Positions 47,604 to 57,626 of a stretch of DNA of 64,000 nt are shown here, in pieces. The stretch covers positions 15,976 through 79,975 of the forward strand of contig JBHLPR010000004.1 in NCBI GenBank assembly GCA_048939245.1. The letters run 5' to 3'. Positions within the stretch are counted from its first letter, which is position 1, and each line of letters starts with the position of its first letter. Source of the stretch: Promethearchaeota archaeon (GTDB lineage Archaea; Asgardarchaeota; Hermodarchaeia; Hermodarchaeales; Hermodarchaeaceae). Under the pieces are notes generated by a model that saw only the letters and a program-made list of their open reading frames with translations, was not told the origin of the DNA and did not search any database. The position numbers and the translations under genes are program-made.

Positions 47604-50108
47604 TTGTCCATATCAAAGGCAATTACGACAAACCTAACAGAAGGAAGAAGGTTGACAGAACAAAAAGCAATTACAACCGATCGGGCAAAAACTGAAGCAG
47701 TGAATGAGATTATGAAAACTCTGTCAACTAGTTCAAAAGGCCTTTCTTCAGAGGAGGCTTCCAAACGGATCGAGATTTTTGGTGCCAATGAAATAGTGGA
47801 AAGGAAAAAAAATTCTCTTCTAAAATTCTTGAGCTACTTCTGGGGCCCTATCCCATGGATGATTGAAGCTGCCGCAATCTTGTCTGCTCTAATTCAACAC
47901 TGGGAAGATTTTGTAGTCATTCTGTTCATGTTGATGATTAATGCAATAGTCGGATTTTGGCAAGAAAAGAAAGCAGATGACACTATCGAACTTTTAAAAC
48001 AGAAATTGGCAACTCAAGCACGAGTACTAAGAGATGAAAAGTGGCTTGAAATTCCTGCTAGACAACTTGTACCGGGTGATATCGTCCGTATTCGACTTGG
48101 TGACATGGTTCCTGCTGATTTGAAACTTATAGAAGGGGATTTCCTTCAGACAGATGAATCTGCTTTAACGGGTGAATCTCTTCCTGTTGAAAAAAAGGTG
48201 GAAGATGTTGCTTATTCAGGTTCCATTGTTCGGCAGGGCGAAATGAATGGGATAGTCATCACTACAGGGATGCAGACATACTTTGGGAAAACTGCGAAAC
48301 TTGTAGAGGAAGCAAAACCCCGCAGCCACTTCCAAGAAAGTGTGATAAAAATTGGGAATTACCTAATTATCCTTGCAATCGTTTTGTTAACTATTACCTT
48401 TGTCGCATCATTTCTCCGCCATGAGTTGATTTTAGTAACGCTGGAATTTTCTTTAGTACTTTTGGTTGCTGCAATTCCTGTTGCATTACCAGCAGTACTT
48501 TCTGTGACATTAGCAGTGGGTGCATTGAATTTAACGAAACGTGGTATCATCGTTTCAAAACTAAGGACCCTTCAGGAAATGGCTGGTGTTGACATACTAT
48601 GTTCAGATAAAACGGGTACGATAACGAAAAATCAGATAGCAGTTGCTGATGTTATACCACAAAAGAACTTCACAAAAGAAGACGTCATTAAAATTGCAGC
48701 ACTCGTTTCACGTGAAGAAGATAAAGACCCAATTGATACTGCAATAATCGTTAAAAATAAGGCTGAACCAACAGCTCTTGATCCCAGTTCTTCACTTGAA
48801 ATTGTGGCCTTTAAGCCATTTGACCCCATCACGAAACGCACGGAAGCAACCATAAAGGAAGCAGGAAAGGGTCAATTCAAGGTTTCTAAAGGAGCTCCAC
48901 AAGTTATTCTATCTTTAATAGCAAAGAAGAGTAGGTTATCTAAAATTGTAGATAATCAAGTTAATGCTTTTGCGGAAAAGGGATTTCGAGCGCTAGCTGT
49001 AGCCAGTACTGATTCAAAAGGGAAATGGCAGTTTGTGGGGTTAATTGCTCTTTATGATCCTCCCCGCGATGATTCAGCTGATACTGTAAAAACGGCTAAG
49101 TCAATGGGTTTAGATATCAAGATGGTGACAGGCGATCATGTAGCAATCGCCAAACAAATTGCACACGAAATTGAGCTAGGTACAAATATACTACAGGCAT
49201 CACAATTTTTGGAGAAACAAGACAGCAAGATTCAGGATATTGTTGAAAATGCTGATGGCTTCGCACAGGTTTTTCCTGAACATAAATACCACATTGTAGA
49301 AATTCTTCAGAAAAGAAATCATATCGTAGGAATGACTGGTGACGGTGTTAACGATGCGCCTGCTCTGAAGAAGGCGGATACAGGAATTGCTGTAGCTGGT
49401 GCTACAGATGCAGCGAAATCAGCGGCGGATCTTGTTCTTACCAGTCCTGGACTTTGTGCGATTATTGATGCTATCAAACAGAGTCGACAGATCTTTGAGC
49501 GTATGAATAGCTATTCTACTTATCGGATTGCTGAAACAGTGCGGATATTGCTATTTCTTACATTTTCTATTCTCTTATTCAATTTTTATCCAATCAATGC
49601 AATTATGATTGTTATTCTAGCATTACTCAATGATTTACCAATCATGATGATTGCCTTTGATAACACGTTGCCCCCTGGAAAACCGGTTCGCTGGGATACA
49701 GCTAGGGTATTAATTCTTTCAACTAGCTTGGGTTTTTGGGGTGTCGTTATTAGTTTTGGTTTGCTGTACATTGGCATCATGGTGTTACATCTTGATCCAT
49801 TGACACTGCAAACACTGATATTTCTAAAACTTGCTGTAGCGGGCCATATGACCATTTATTTAACTCGGACCCGGTCACATTCCTTCTGGCACCGTCCCTA
49901 TCCGTCCCTTCGGCTTTTCTTAACAGCTGAACTCACGCAATTGCTTGCGACCATCATGGCTGTGTACGGGTTCCTTATGCCTGCCATTGGATGGGGACTC
50001 GCGGCTTTTATCTGGGGATATGTACTCCTATTCTTTGTGTTCGGGAACTTTTTTAAAATCGGAATCATTACACTGATGGACCGATTCAATATTGGAATCC
50101 GGCAATGA
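47604..50108 (+). CDS. Plasma-membrane-type H+-efflux P-type ATPase (P3A)
   Basis: FLSYFWGPIPWMIE, TGESLP, AIPVALPAV, CSDKTGT, KGAPQ, DPPR, MTGDGVNDAPALK, ALLND. True start may be further downstream. Confidence 0.93.
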   Translation: MSISKAITTNLTEGRRLTEQKAITTDRAKTEAVNEIMKTLSTSSKGLSSEEASKRIEIFGANEIVERKKNSLLKFLSYFWGPIPWMIEAAAILSALIQHWEDFVVILFMLMINAIVGFWQEKKADDTIELLKQKLATQARVLRDEKWLEIPARQLVPGDIVRIRLGDMVPADLKLIEGDFLQTDESALTGESLPVEKKVEDVAYSGSIVRQGEMNGIVITTGMQTYFGKTAKLVEEAKPRSHFQESVIKIGNYLIILAIVLLTITFVASFLRHELILVTLEFSLVLLVAAIPVALPAVLSVTLAVGALNLTKRGIIVSKLRTLQEMAGVDILCSDKTGTITKNQIAVADVIPQKNFTKEDVIKIAALVSREEDKDPIDTAIIVKNKAEPTALDPSSSLEIVAFKPFDPITKRTEATIKEAGKGQFKVSKGAPQVILSLIAKKSRLSKIVDNQVNAFAEKGFRALAVASTDSKGKWQFVGLIALYDPPRDDSADTVKTAKSMGLDIKMVTGDHVAIAKQIAHEIELGTNILQASQFLEKQDSKIQDIVENADGFAQVFPEHKYHIVEILQKRNHIVGMTGDGVNDAPALKKADTGIAVAGATDAAKSAADLVLTSPGLCAIIDAIKQSRQIFERMNSYSTYRIAETVRILLFLTFSILLFNFYPINAIMIVILALLNDLPIMMIAFDNTLPPGKPVRWDTARVLILSTSLGFWGVVISFGLLYIGIMVLHLDPLTLQTLIFLKLAVAGHMTIYLTRTRSHSFWHRPYPSLRLFLTAELTQLLATIMAVYGFLMPAIGWGLAAFIWGYVLLFFVFGNFFKIGIITLMDRFNIGIRQ

Positions 50109-51407
50109 CTTTTTATGATGCTTTTTTAACATCACAAATAATACACAAATCCCAATGAGAAACCAAACAACTGCCATAATTAGAGCATTAAGACTAAGAT
50201 AGAACATTAATAATATACAACTAAGTATGCCGAGGATTGGTGTAAGGGGATACAGTGGAACTTTAAATGGCCGCCTAATATCTGGTGCATCATGCCTCAG
50301 TTTTATCAACGAGGCATGAACGAACAGATAGGTAAACAGACTCCCAAAATTCACTATTGAAGCAATAAGGTCAATATTGTTAAAAAATAATCCAGCAAGA
50401 GTAGCCACAAGAATACCTCCAATAATCACAGACACATAGGGTGTGCAGAATCGTTTGCTTATTCGATCTAATTGCTGCGGGAGCAGCTTATCACGCCCCA
50501 TAGCGAAACTTGCCCGAGTCCCTCCCAAAATTGAACTTAAAACAACAGATGCAGTTGCAATTAGTGCAGCTACTGCAATGAAGCTCGTAAAAAATGGATT
50601 CGTTGTAATGGCACGGGCTAAATCTTCAAGCGGAGATGCACTCGATCCTAAATCTTGCCAATTTAATATTCCAATTTCTAAAACAGCTATCGCCATATAA
50701 AGGATAAATGTAACAACAAACGCAAGAATCAACGCGCGGGGAATATTCTTTTCAGGATTTTTTGTTTCTTCCGACATCATTGCTATGGTGTTAAAACCGA
50801 GAAAAGAAAAGAAGATGACAGCAGTTCCATTAAATGTACCACTGATCCCATTTGGGAAAAATGGGATAAAATGTGCTACATCAAAAAATTGAACTAAGTA
50901 TAACCCCCCAACCCCAATTAGTAGGATTAAAGCAAAGACTTTGATGACAACCATAATGGAAGTAGCATTGGCACTTTCCTTTACACCAATAATATTCAAT
51001 ATCGTAAAAACAATAGGTAGCGCCACTGCTGCTAGAATCAAAGGCAGTGGTCCAACCAATCCAAAAAGTGCTGTAAAGTAAGCAGCAAACCCAATAGAGA
51101 CCGCTGAAGCGCCGGCTATATAGTCAAAATATTTGAACCAGCCCACAAAGAAACTTGGAACTCGGCCAAAGGCTCTTTTGGTAAATACATACGATGCACC
51201 TGTTTCTATTATAATTGAAGCAAGTTCTGCAGATGAAAGGGCAGTAAGGAGCGCAATAATTCCGGCTAAAAAGAACGACAGGATAACTGATGGCCCTGCT
51301 AGTCCTGCTGCAACACCACTAATAACAAAAATTCCTGCCCCAATGATGTTCGCTATCCCTGCTGAACTCGCACCAAAAAGACCTATACTCCGCTTTAATT
51401 CTGGCAT
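50028..51407 (-). CDS. APC-family amino acid permease
   Basis: IIGAGIF, GPS, AEL, EETKNPEKNIPRA, R..FAMGRD, RPFKVP. Confidence 0.92.
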   Translation of the reverse strand: MPELKRSIGLFGASSAGIANIIGAGIFVISGVAAGLAGPSVILSFFLAGIIALLTALSSAELASIIIETGASYVFTKRAFGRVPSFFVGWFKYFDYIAGASAVSIGFAAYFTALFGLVGPLPLILAAVALPIVFTILNIIGVKESANATSIMVVIKVFALILLIGVGGLYLVQFFDVAHFIPFFPNGISGTFNGTAVIFFSFLGFNTIAMMSEETKNPEKNIPRALILAFVVTFILYMAIAVLEIGILNWQDLGSSASPLEDLARAITTNPFFTSFIAVAALIATASVVLSSILGGTRASFAMGRDKLLPQQLDRISKRFCTPYVSVIIGGILVATLAGLFFNNIDLIASIVNFGSLFTYLFVHASLIKLRHDAPDIRRPFKVPLYPLTPILGILSCILLMFYLSLNALIMAVVWFLIGICVLFVMLKKHHKKSLPDSNIESVHQCNDSDFKKVPEHKE

Positions 51408-51654
51408 ACTATACTATTCATTTTATGATGCTGAAAAAGCTATATTTTGGATGTTTGTTTCCCATAAATTCGAAACAAGACGGAAAAAAGGAAGCAGTGA
51501 TCATGGCATTTGAATTTCCCCTGCTAATTGTATGCACGGTTGACTATGATGTACCTGATTAGGATGAAAATGAGTCGAGTTTAAATCAAACAAATGAACG
51601 AAGATAGGGAGAAAATTCTTTCACTTATCTCAACCCCTCTCCTGGTTTAAATGA

Positions 51655-53061
51655 ATGGGATTGTATGAATCAAATGGCGGTGCGGATGTGAGGCAACTTA
51701 AGAGCCGAGGCTCAACAAAGCGAGTGAAGCTCGTGAAGAAAGTCCGCAAAGTCGCCCCCTATCTTGCTCCTGTGGTGGATGGCGTTGAAGCCGCCCAGGA
51801 TCTGGATATTACCTTGCAGACCCTGTCACCTGACTCCAGCCAGACCCGCTGTCTCGTCTGCAAGGGTGGCAAGTTGCTATGTGGCAAGTCTTCCTGCCCT
51901 CTGCTGCACCGGCTTTACTCTTTTTTGAAAGTCAAACCCCTAATCGATAGAACGGATCTTGAGGGATCATCACCGCCAGGGGTCTTCGTGGGACGATTTG
52001 GATACCCCAAAGTCTACGCAGGCCCCTTGGTCCCACCCGTCATTGGCGATACCTCGATTTATGATTCTCCTGAAGACTGGATGTATCTGGATTTAGACCA
52101 AATTCTCGAATACCGTTATTCCTTAGTGCGTGGGATGTCTCGGGTCACAGTGACGGATTTGAATAATGCCGGCCGGATAATCGAGGATACGCGTGATATG
52201 ACCCTAGCTTCTGGTCCCGTGGAAACTGAAGTGCTATTCAAAAAGCGTCCTCGCCGTCCACTCCGGGTTGATTCTCAAGTCCAGCCAATGGGTCCTTCCG
52301 CTATGCTTGAACGATTTACTTTGGGTACCATGAGGGGGCATAGGCGTCTTGAACGAGCGTTCGATGATCGGGACTTGAAGGCAGCACCTGCAGTTGTTGA
52401 TTTATATCGTAATGATGTGAATCTCACGAAGATTACCCGCGCGTTTAGTATGGGATGCTTTGGACTCGGTGACAATCGGCGAATGGTACCAACGCGTTGG
52501 AGTATCACAGCTGTCGATAGCACTGTAGGACGCCACTACCGTGCGCAAATCAAAGAGAACCCCCTAATCAACGAATATCGCGTGTATGAAGCCGATTTCC
52601 TTGGTGATCATTTCAAGATCTTTATGAGCCCTGAACCCTGGAGCTATGAACTGGTTGAGGCCTGGTATCCAGGTACTACATGGAATCCGTCAGGTCACCA
52701 CATCGGTATTGCTAGCGACTGGGAACCCTATAAGGGTCGTACTGGATATGCTGTGATTGGGGGATGCTATTATGCTGTCCGGGCGATGGTCACAGAACAT
52801 CTTGCTAAAGAGAGACGACAAGCTTCGGTCGTTGTTCTCAGGGAATCCCGTCCCAATCATATCCTTCCGCTAGGAGTATGGGTGCCTAGGGAAATTGCCC
52901 GAGAGGCCTTGAGACAGCCATATTTACGATTTGATACCCGAGAAGAAGCGCTTCGCTATATGATGTCGGGATTTCGTATTGATTTACAGTCATGGATCGA
53001 GGGAGGAAGCTTGTTAGCGCGGCAACTTTACCAACGTCGTTTAACAGATTATTTACAATAA
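51655..53061 (+). CDS. nreA: Nre family archaeal DNA repair protein
   Basis: C..CKG..LCG...CP, GSSPP.VFVG..GYPKV, VPTRWSITAVD, GGCYYA, C-terminal PIP box QRRLTDY. Confidence 0.9.
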   Translation: MGLYESNGGADVRQLKSRGSTKRVKLVKKVRKVAPYLAPVVDGVEAAQDLDITLQTLSPDSSQTRCLVCKGGKLLCGKSSCPLLHRLYSFLKVKPLIDRTDLEGSSPPGVFVGRFGYPKVYAGPLVPPVIGDTSIYDSPEDWMYLDLDQILEYRYSLVRGMSRVTVTDLNNAGRIIEDTRDMTLASGPVETEVLFKKRPRRPLRVDSQVQPMGPSAMLERFTLGTMRGHRRLERAFDDRDLKAAPAVVDLYRNDVNLTKITRAFSMGCFGLGDNRRMVPTRWSITAVDSTVGRHYRAQIKENPLINEYRVYEADFLGDHFKIFMSPEPWSYELVEAWYPGTTWNPSGHHIGIASDWEPYKGRTGYAVIGGCYYAVRAMVTEHLAKERRQASVVVLRESRPNHILPLGVWVPREIAREALRQPYLRFDTREEALRYMMSGFRIDLQSWIEGGSLLARQLYQRRLTDYLQ

Positions 53062-53107
53062 TTTCGAATGAAAATGATTTTTTAGGCAACTCTTCATTGC
53101 ATTATAT

Positions 53108-53950
53108 GTGAAGCAGACAGCACGTGTTCTTATCCAGATTAGTAGACCCTTGGGATGGCTTGTTGCGCCTCTTGTTTTTCTTTTGGGGTTAACTGCATTT
53201 GGAACACCGCTTATTCCCGTGGCGATTGTCCAGGTGATCTTGCTGTCGTTTCCCTACTGTATTGTGTTGTATGGTACGAACGACTTGTATGATTATGAGG
53301 CAGATAAGGTGAATCCGAGAAAACCAAAGCGTGATTCGGTTGAGATGGAAATCGTGATGTTTCCGTTAATTAAGAGATTGTCCTTAATTATCGTCATCGG
53401 ATTGTTGATCAGTTCACTTGCTACGCTCAACTTGACGAATATCTTTGCGATGGGGATTCTGCTCTTCTTTTCGTACTTCTATTCAGCTCCGCCGATTCGG
53501 TTTAAAAAGTGGCCGCCTATGGATTCGGTGTCAAACGGAATTTTGTATTTCTATGCACCAGTGTTGCTTGGAGCTAGTTTTGGGGCGACGATTATTCAAA
53601 TTCCTATCCAGGTATATTTCATCACAGCCTGTGTGATGGGTATCCATTCGTTTAGCACTATAATGGATTATAGTGCTGATAAGCTGGTGGGAGAAAGGAC
53701 CTTTGCAACTGTGTACGGAAAACGTGTCGCCTCGTTATTCACGATGGTTGTTTTTGTGCTTGCCTACCTTTTTTCTGGATTTCAAGGAATGATTGTCGGC
53801 TATTATTTAATAGTCTGTGCGGTATTAGCCGCTATTCTAACGATTGTGTCATCAGAGAAATTGGGGCGGTACCTCTTTTATGGAATGGGGGTTGGTTTCG
53901 GAATTGTTGCAGTATTAGAAGTTCTTCGCTATCTAGCATTCTTTTACTGA
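53108..53950 (+). CDS. UbiA-family prenyltransferase (LyeJ/lycopene-elongase-like)
   Basis: SRP..W, NDLYDYEAD..NPRK, YSAPP.RFK, D..AD...G.RT.AT. Confidence 0.85.
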   Translation: MKQTARVLIQISRPLGWLVAPLVFLLGLTAFGTPLIPVAIVQVILLSFPYCIVLYGTNDLYDYEADKVNPRKPKRDSVEMEIVMFPLIKRLSLIIVIGLLISSLATLNLTNIFAMGILLFFSYFYSAPPIRFKKWPPMDSVSNGILYFYAPVLLGASFGATIIQIPIQVYFITACVMGIHSFSTIMDYSADKLVGERTFATVYGKRVASLFTMVVFVLAYLFSGFQGMIVGYYLIVCAVLAAILTIVSSEKLGRYLFYGMGVGFGIVAVLEVLRYLAFFY

Positions 53951-53988
53951 ACAATTGAGATTGTTGAAAAAATTGAGACGTGATGGGA

Positions 53989-54465
53989 CTAACCGCCGGG
54001 ACCGCCATGCCACGGGACATCTTTCCAGGTAAGTTCCCAGAGGTCTTCTTCGGTGAGGGTTTCTTTTTCAATTACTAGTTTGTAAAGCTGAGTGAGAAGC
54101 TTGTGGTGACGTTTTTCGTCTTCGAGAATGTATTCGATTACCTTCTTGGACCCAGGGTCCTTGGTTTGGGGAATGAGTTCTGTGTAGGTTTTAATGGCAG
54201 TAGCTTCCAAGTCGATATGGGTCTGGATATCTTTGCCCAGTTGATCTCGCTTTGTTTCTTCGATGAAGGGAGTTTTGGATTCGAGACGCGCAAGTATGGC
54301 GTTTAGCATGAGTGCGTGCTTGTTAGAGTCGATGGCGATTGCTTGGATGAGGTTTTTCACGAGCTGATTTTTGGTATCTTTTACCCCTTTGTGTGCTATT
54401 CGCACAATTTTCTCTTCGAGGGCAATTTGCTGTTTGAGAAATGCCTTGAGTTGATCCTTATCCAT
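53989..54465 (-). CDS. Ferritin-like / rubrerythrin-like diiron protein
   Basis: E..., DS.KH, HI.LE, EDEKRHH; C-terminal WHGGPGG. Confidence 0.8.
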   Translation of the reverse strand: MDKDQLKAFLKQQIALEEKIVRIAHKGVKDTKNQLVKNLIQAIAIDSNKHALMLNAILARLESKTPFIEETKRDQLGKDIQTHIDLEATAIKTYTELIPQTKDPGSKKVIEYILEDEKRHHKLLTQLYKLVIEKETLTEEDLWELTWKDVPWHGGPGG

Positions 54466-54600
54466 GGAGTGTCACCGTGGCTCATTTCTTACGTTCTTCC
54501 TTTTCTGTGTTGCCATTTTCTCAAGTTGACAAGGGCTCACTTTTCCTCGAGGGGTCTAAGTTTTTATTATTGTGACCAGAACATCTGAACCTGAGAAACT

Positions 54601-55431
54601 TTGTCCCCACAACTCCGAGTCACTGAAGTGACTGCAAAAAGCATCCTCAATCCGAGTCGCATTAGCGGAGTGACGTATGCGATTAACCCATATGTGGGTT
54701 GCCAACACGCCTGCAGTTACTGCTATGCACGATTTATGTCAAAATATTCAGGCCATCAAGGTGAAGCGTGGGGGAGTTATGTTGATGTTAAAATCAATGC
54801 TGCTCGGGTGCTACAACAGCAGTTACGACGGCGCAAGAGGATTACCAAGGATCCCGTGCTTTTTTCTAGCGTAACGGATGCCTACCAGCCATTGGAACGG
54901 CGATACAAAGTGACACGTGGCTGCCTTGAATTATTAGTTCGCCATGAGTTTCCGATTTCAATTTTGACGAAATCAGATTTGGTTCTTCGGGATAGTGAGT
55001 TGTTAGGCCAGAATTCTGAAAATGAGGTGGGGATGACCATCATCACATTAAATGAGAAGGTTCGACGCGTATTTGAGTCTGGAGCCAGCCCTAGTGAACG
55101 GCGCCTGAAAGCGTTACAGGAAATCAGTGCCCAAGGTATTCGCACCTATGGGTTCGTGGGTCCCATTATTCCGGAATTAAGCACCCCGCATCTTGAGGAA
55201 CTAATCCGGCAACTTGCTGAAGCTGGAGTCGCTTATGTGTTATTCGATCGATTGAATATCAAATATGGCAATCGCCCGGTTATTGAACAAGCACTCAGGA
55301 CACATTTTGGGCCGAAGGCAAAAACAATCTTTGACGCGCTTAGACCCGGAAGTCACTATTATGAAATGGTTCGAAAGGAAATCATTGAGCAGTCCCTTCG
55401 ATATGGGTTAGAAGCAGATATCATCTTCTAA
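54601..55431 (+). CDS. Radical SAM protein (SplB/COG1533-like)
   Basis: NPYVGCQHACSYCYA, SSVTDAYQP.E, LTKS.LV.RD. Confidence 0.9.
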   Translation: MSPQLRVTEVTAKSILNPSRISGVTYAINPYVGCQHACSYCYARFMSKYSGHQGEAWGSYVDVKINAARVLQQQLRRRKRITKDPVLFSSVTDAYQPLERRYKVTRGCLELLVRHEFPISILTKSDLVLRDSELLGQNSENEVGMTIITLNEKVRRVFESGASPSERRLKALQEISAQGIRTYGFVGPIIPELSTPHLEELIRQLAEAGVAYVLFDRLNIKYGNRPVIEQALRTHFGPKAKTIFDALRPGSHYYEMVRKEIIEQSLRYGLEADIIF

Positions 55432-55442
55432 AAAAACGGGAA

Positions 55443-55706
55443 CTAGAGATCCTGTGGTTCTTCAACTCCAGGAGCCCACCACAGCCAGGTCTTCCTTTCG
55501 ATGCTGAGTTTTCCATGTATTTTGCCTTCTTGTCGGAGCTGATTGAGAAGGCGGCTGGGTGAATCCGGACAGCCGAGTTCAAAAAAGAGCCGCGTTACTT
55601 CAAAAGTGGTCATGGGGCGCTTGGCGTCACTGAGAATCATCTCTACAGCGAGAGCTGATTGCGATTCGCGTTTTTTAGGTTTAGGAGCAGGTTGTTCTTC
55701 GTTCAA
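55443..55706 (-). CDS. Small winged-helix-like hypothetical protein
   Basis: PMTTFEV...CPDSP.R.LN.LR.EGKI.G......W.WW. Confidence 0.65.
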   Translation of the reverse strand: MNEEQPAPKPKKRESQSALAVEMILSDAKRPMTTFEVTRLFFELGCPDSPSRLLNQLRQEGKIHGKLSIERKTWLWWAPGVEEPQDL

Positions 55707-55802
55707 TCATATCATCCTGTTAAGAAGCCGCTATCAGTGGAAAAAGAGAGGAGTGGGGAGATAAAAATCCCCGTTATCGGTCTTTTTGATAGTATGGAAA
55801 AC

Positions 55803-56285
55803 TTAGATTGTCTTAAGATCACTTTCGATCATGTTGCGGGTGTCTTTATCCTCAACTTCGTCCATGGCTTTTTCTGCCAGTTTTAGATACTTTTCTTTGT
55901 TCTTCGTATCCCCTTTGACAGCGTATCCACGAGCAAGGGCCTCATAAGCGTAGGCAAGATCCCAATCTTTGATGCCCTCCTTCTTACAAATGTCAAGATA
56001 GGTTTGACCATAGTGAATCGCACGATCACCATCACTAACCACGGCATAAACTCGTGAGAGCTGCCAGTCACCACGACCGAGATTTATTGGGGTAGCGTCC
56101 CAGCCATTTTGAACACGAACGCCCCAGTGGTATCGGGAAGCGTGAGATGAATGAATCATGGCGTCTTTTTCTTCAGCTGTCAAGTCTTTTTTATCTAAGT
56201 AGTTCCAAGTGTTGTTGAAGAGGTCTACAGCCATTTTTCTATGCCATTTTTCAAGAGACAACTTGTCATCTGCCATTTTATCCAA
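55803..56285 (-). CDS. Conserved hypothetical helical protein
   Basis: AVDLFN.TW..L, HASRYHW, W.LSRVYA, AYAYEALAR; TPR-like. Confidence 0.7.
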   Translation of the reverse strand: MDKMADDKLSLEKWHRKMAVDLFNNTWNYLDKKDLTAEEKDAMIHSSHASRYHWGVRVQNGWDATPINLGRGDWQLSRVYAVVSDGDRAIHYGQTYLDICKKEGIKDWDLAYAYEALARGYAVKGDTKNKEKYLKLAEKAMDEVEDKDTRNMIESDLKTI

Positions 56286-56539
56286 CCTCCTGGTTTTATA
56301 CCTGTTAAGTTAAGCGCACTAAAAATACCTAGGGTCTTACGAGGTAACTTATTTCCACCAGTACTAGAGCTAATATGAGAAACTAATAGTGAAAATTGGT
56401 GTAAGATTAGGAAAACGAAATTCTTTTTCAGTGCCGTGCAAATAAGCAGATGAGTAGAACGATTCCTCCAAGGTTTATCTTGGAAGGAATCTGTGACTGG
56501 GAATTCCCTCGTGATTAGAGTTGGTGGAAAGCGAAGAAG

Positions 56540-57307
56540 ATGATCAAAGCAATATTCATCGTGCTCAACGGGGCGTACGCGTTTTCCAAACAGTATACCG
56601 ATCAAATCGATCCAACCATGCTCTCAGGACTCCTCACCGCGTTTCGTATTTCCTCTAAAGAGTTCGCTACTGGAGAATTTCGGCAAGCAAAGTTTGAAGG
56701 ATCAGAAGTCTTTGTTGACGGACTCACGGAACGCCCCAATGATTTCGTAGCTATTTTTGCGACGCCTGAGGAACGCACGTCAGATTTAACAAATCTCATG
56801 GCACTCATCAAGACCGCCTTCATTAGTAACTATGGAGAAAAGATTCACACTTGGGATAGTCTCGAAGGGCCTTTCTCGGATTTTGAACCCACGATTGACC
56901 AACTCATCGCTGGTTGTATCTGGTGTGATACCGAAAAAATAATGGAACCTCCAAAGGTGACTTTCACCACCGACCTGGTGCCAGCCAAGGAAACCGTGTA
57001 CCGAGGAAATTCACTGAACGTCAAATACTACGTCCACAATACCAGCGCCAACCCGATCCATTTGACTGCCATCGTGAATGCAATTCCTCATCTGTTTGAA
57101 TTGGATGGATTAACCAAAAACGTCATCCTACGTAAAACCGCGTTCTTGCGGAACCGGCAACTAAATCCCAATGACTCTCATGAATCCATTATTCCAATTA
57201 AGGCGCGACGTATCGGTCACACAGAAATCGCACCGATTCTTTTCATCACCCAGGGAAACCAAGCGTTTACCGTGCTAGGCGAAAATCGAGAAATCGATGT
57301 CATCTAG
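56540..57307 (+). CDS. Longin-domain protein fused to a C-terminal Ig-like beta-sandwich
   Basis: MIKAIFIV.NG...FSK.Y...DP.MLSG.LTA....KE and F...Y.....W......F..F...ID longin pattern. C-terminal G....V.Y.V.N...P..F...L.P......I. Confidence 0.7.
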   Translation: MIKAIFIVLNGAYAFSKQYTDQIDPTMLSGLLTAFRISSKEFATGEFRQAKFEGSEVFVDGLTERPNDFVAIFATPEERTSDLTNLMALIKTAFISNYGEKIHTWDSLEGPFSDFEPTIDQLIAGCIWCDTEKIMEPPKVTFTTDLVPAKETVYRGNSLNVKYYVHNTSANPIHLTAIVNAIPHLFELDGLTKNVILRKTAFLRNRQLNPNDSHESIIPIKARRIGHTEIAPILFITQGNQAFTVLGENREIDVI

Positions 57308-57363
57308 CAGTCGACGTTCTTCGATCATTCAGGCTTTTTAGGTCAAACTTCTAATGCATCACC

Positions 57364-57519
57364 ATGCCAAATTGCCCATATTGAAATCAAGAACTGAATC
57401 TACGATTGACTACTCAATACATTAGTGAAATCGATCCCAACTATTACAAAGCCGTGAATTCGCACATGGAACAAATACCCAGGCTTTTTCGCGGAATACT
57501 CCGAAACCAATTCGACTGA
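57364..57519 (+). pseudogene. Small zinc-ribbon-like ORF interrupted by in-frame TGA (CPY-TGA)
   Basis: MPNCPY*NQELNLRLTTQYISEIDPNYYKAVNSHMEQIPRLFRGILRNQFD*. TGA at 57382-84 sits at the second Cys position of CxxC. Confidence 0.45.
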
Positions 57520-57594
57520 ATGTAAAAATTGTGTGGACTAAAACGTGTCGCCGTCGAAGCATAGCCTACCAGCTAAGACATCGACTACAAATCT

Positions 57595-57622
57595 TTTCGT
57601 GAGAAACTCAAACGCCACGAAA
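57595..57622 (-). terminator. Hairpin directly after the mvhA stop
   Basis: TTTCGTG-N14-CACGAAA. Confidence 0.4.
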
Positions 57623-57626
57623 CCAC

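Noticed and set aside
57308-57626. Replication origin at the skew switch
   Set aside because: No ORB repeats or cdc6/orc1 nearby, and several similar skew patches occur in the window.
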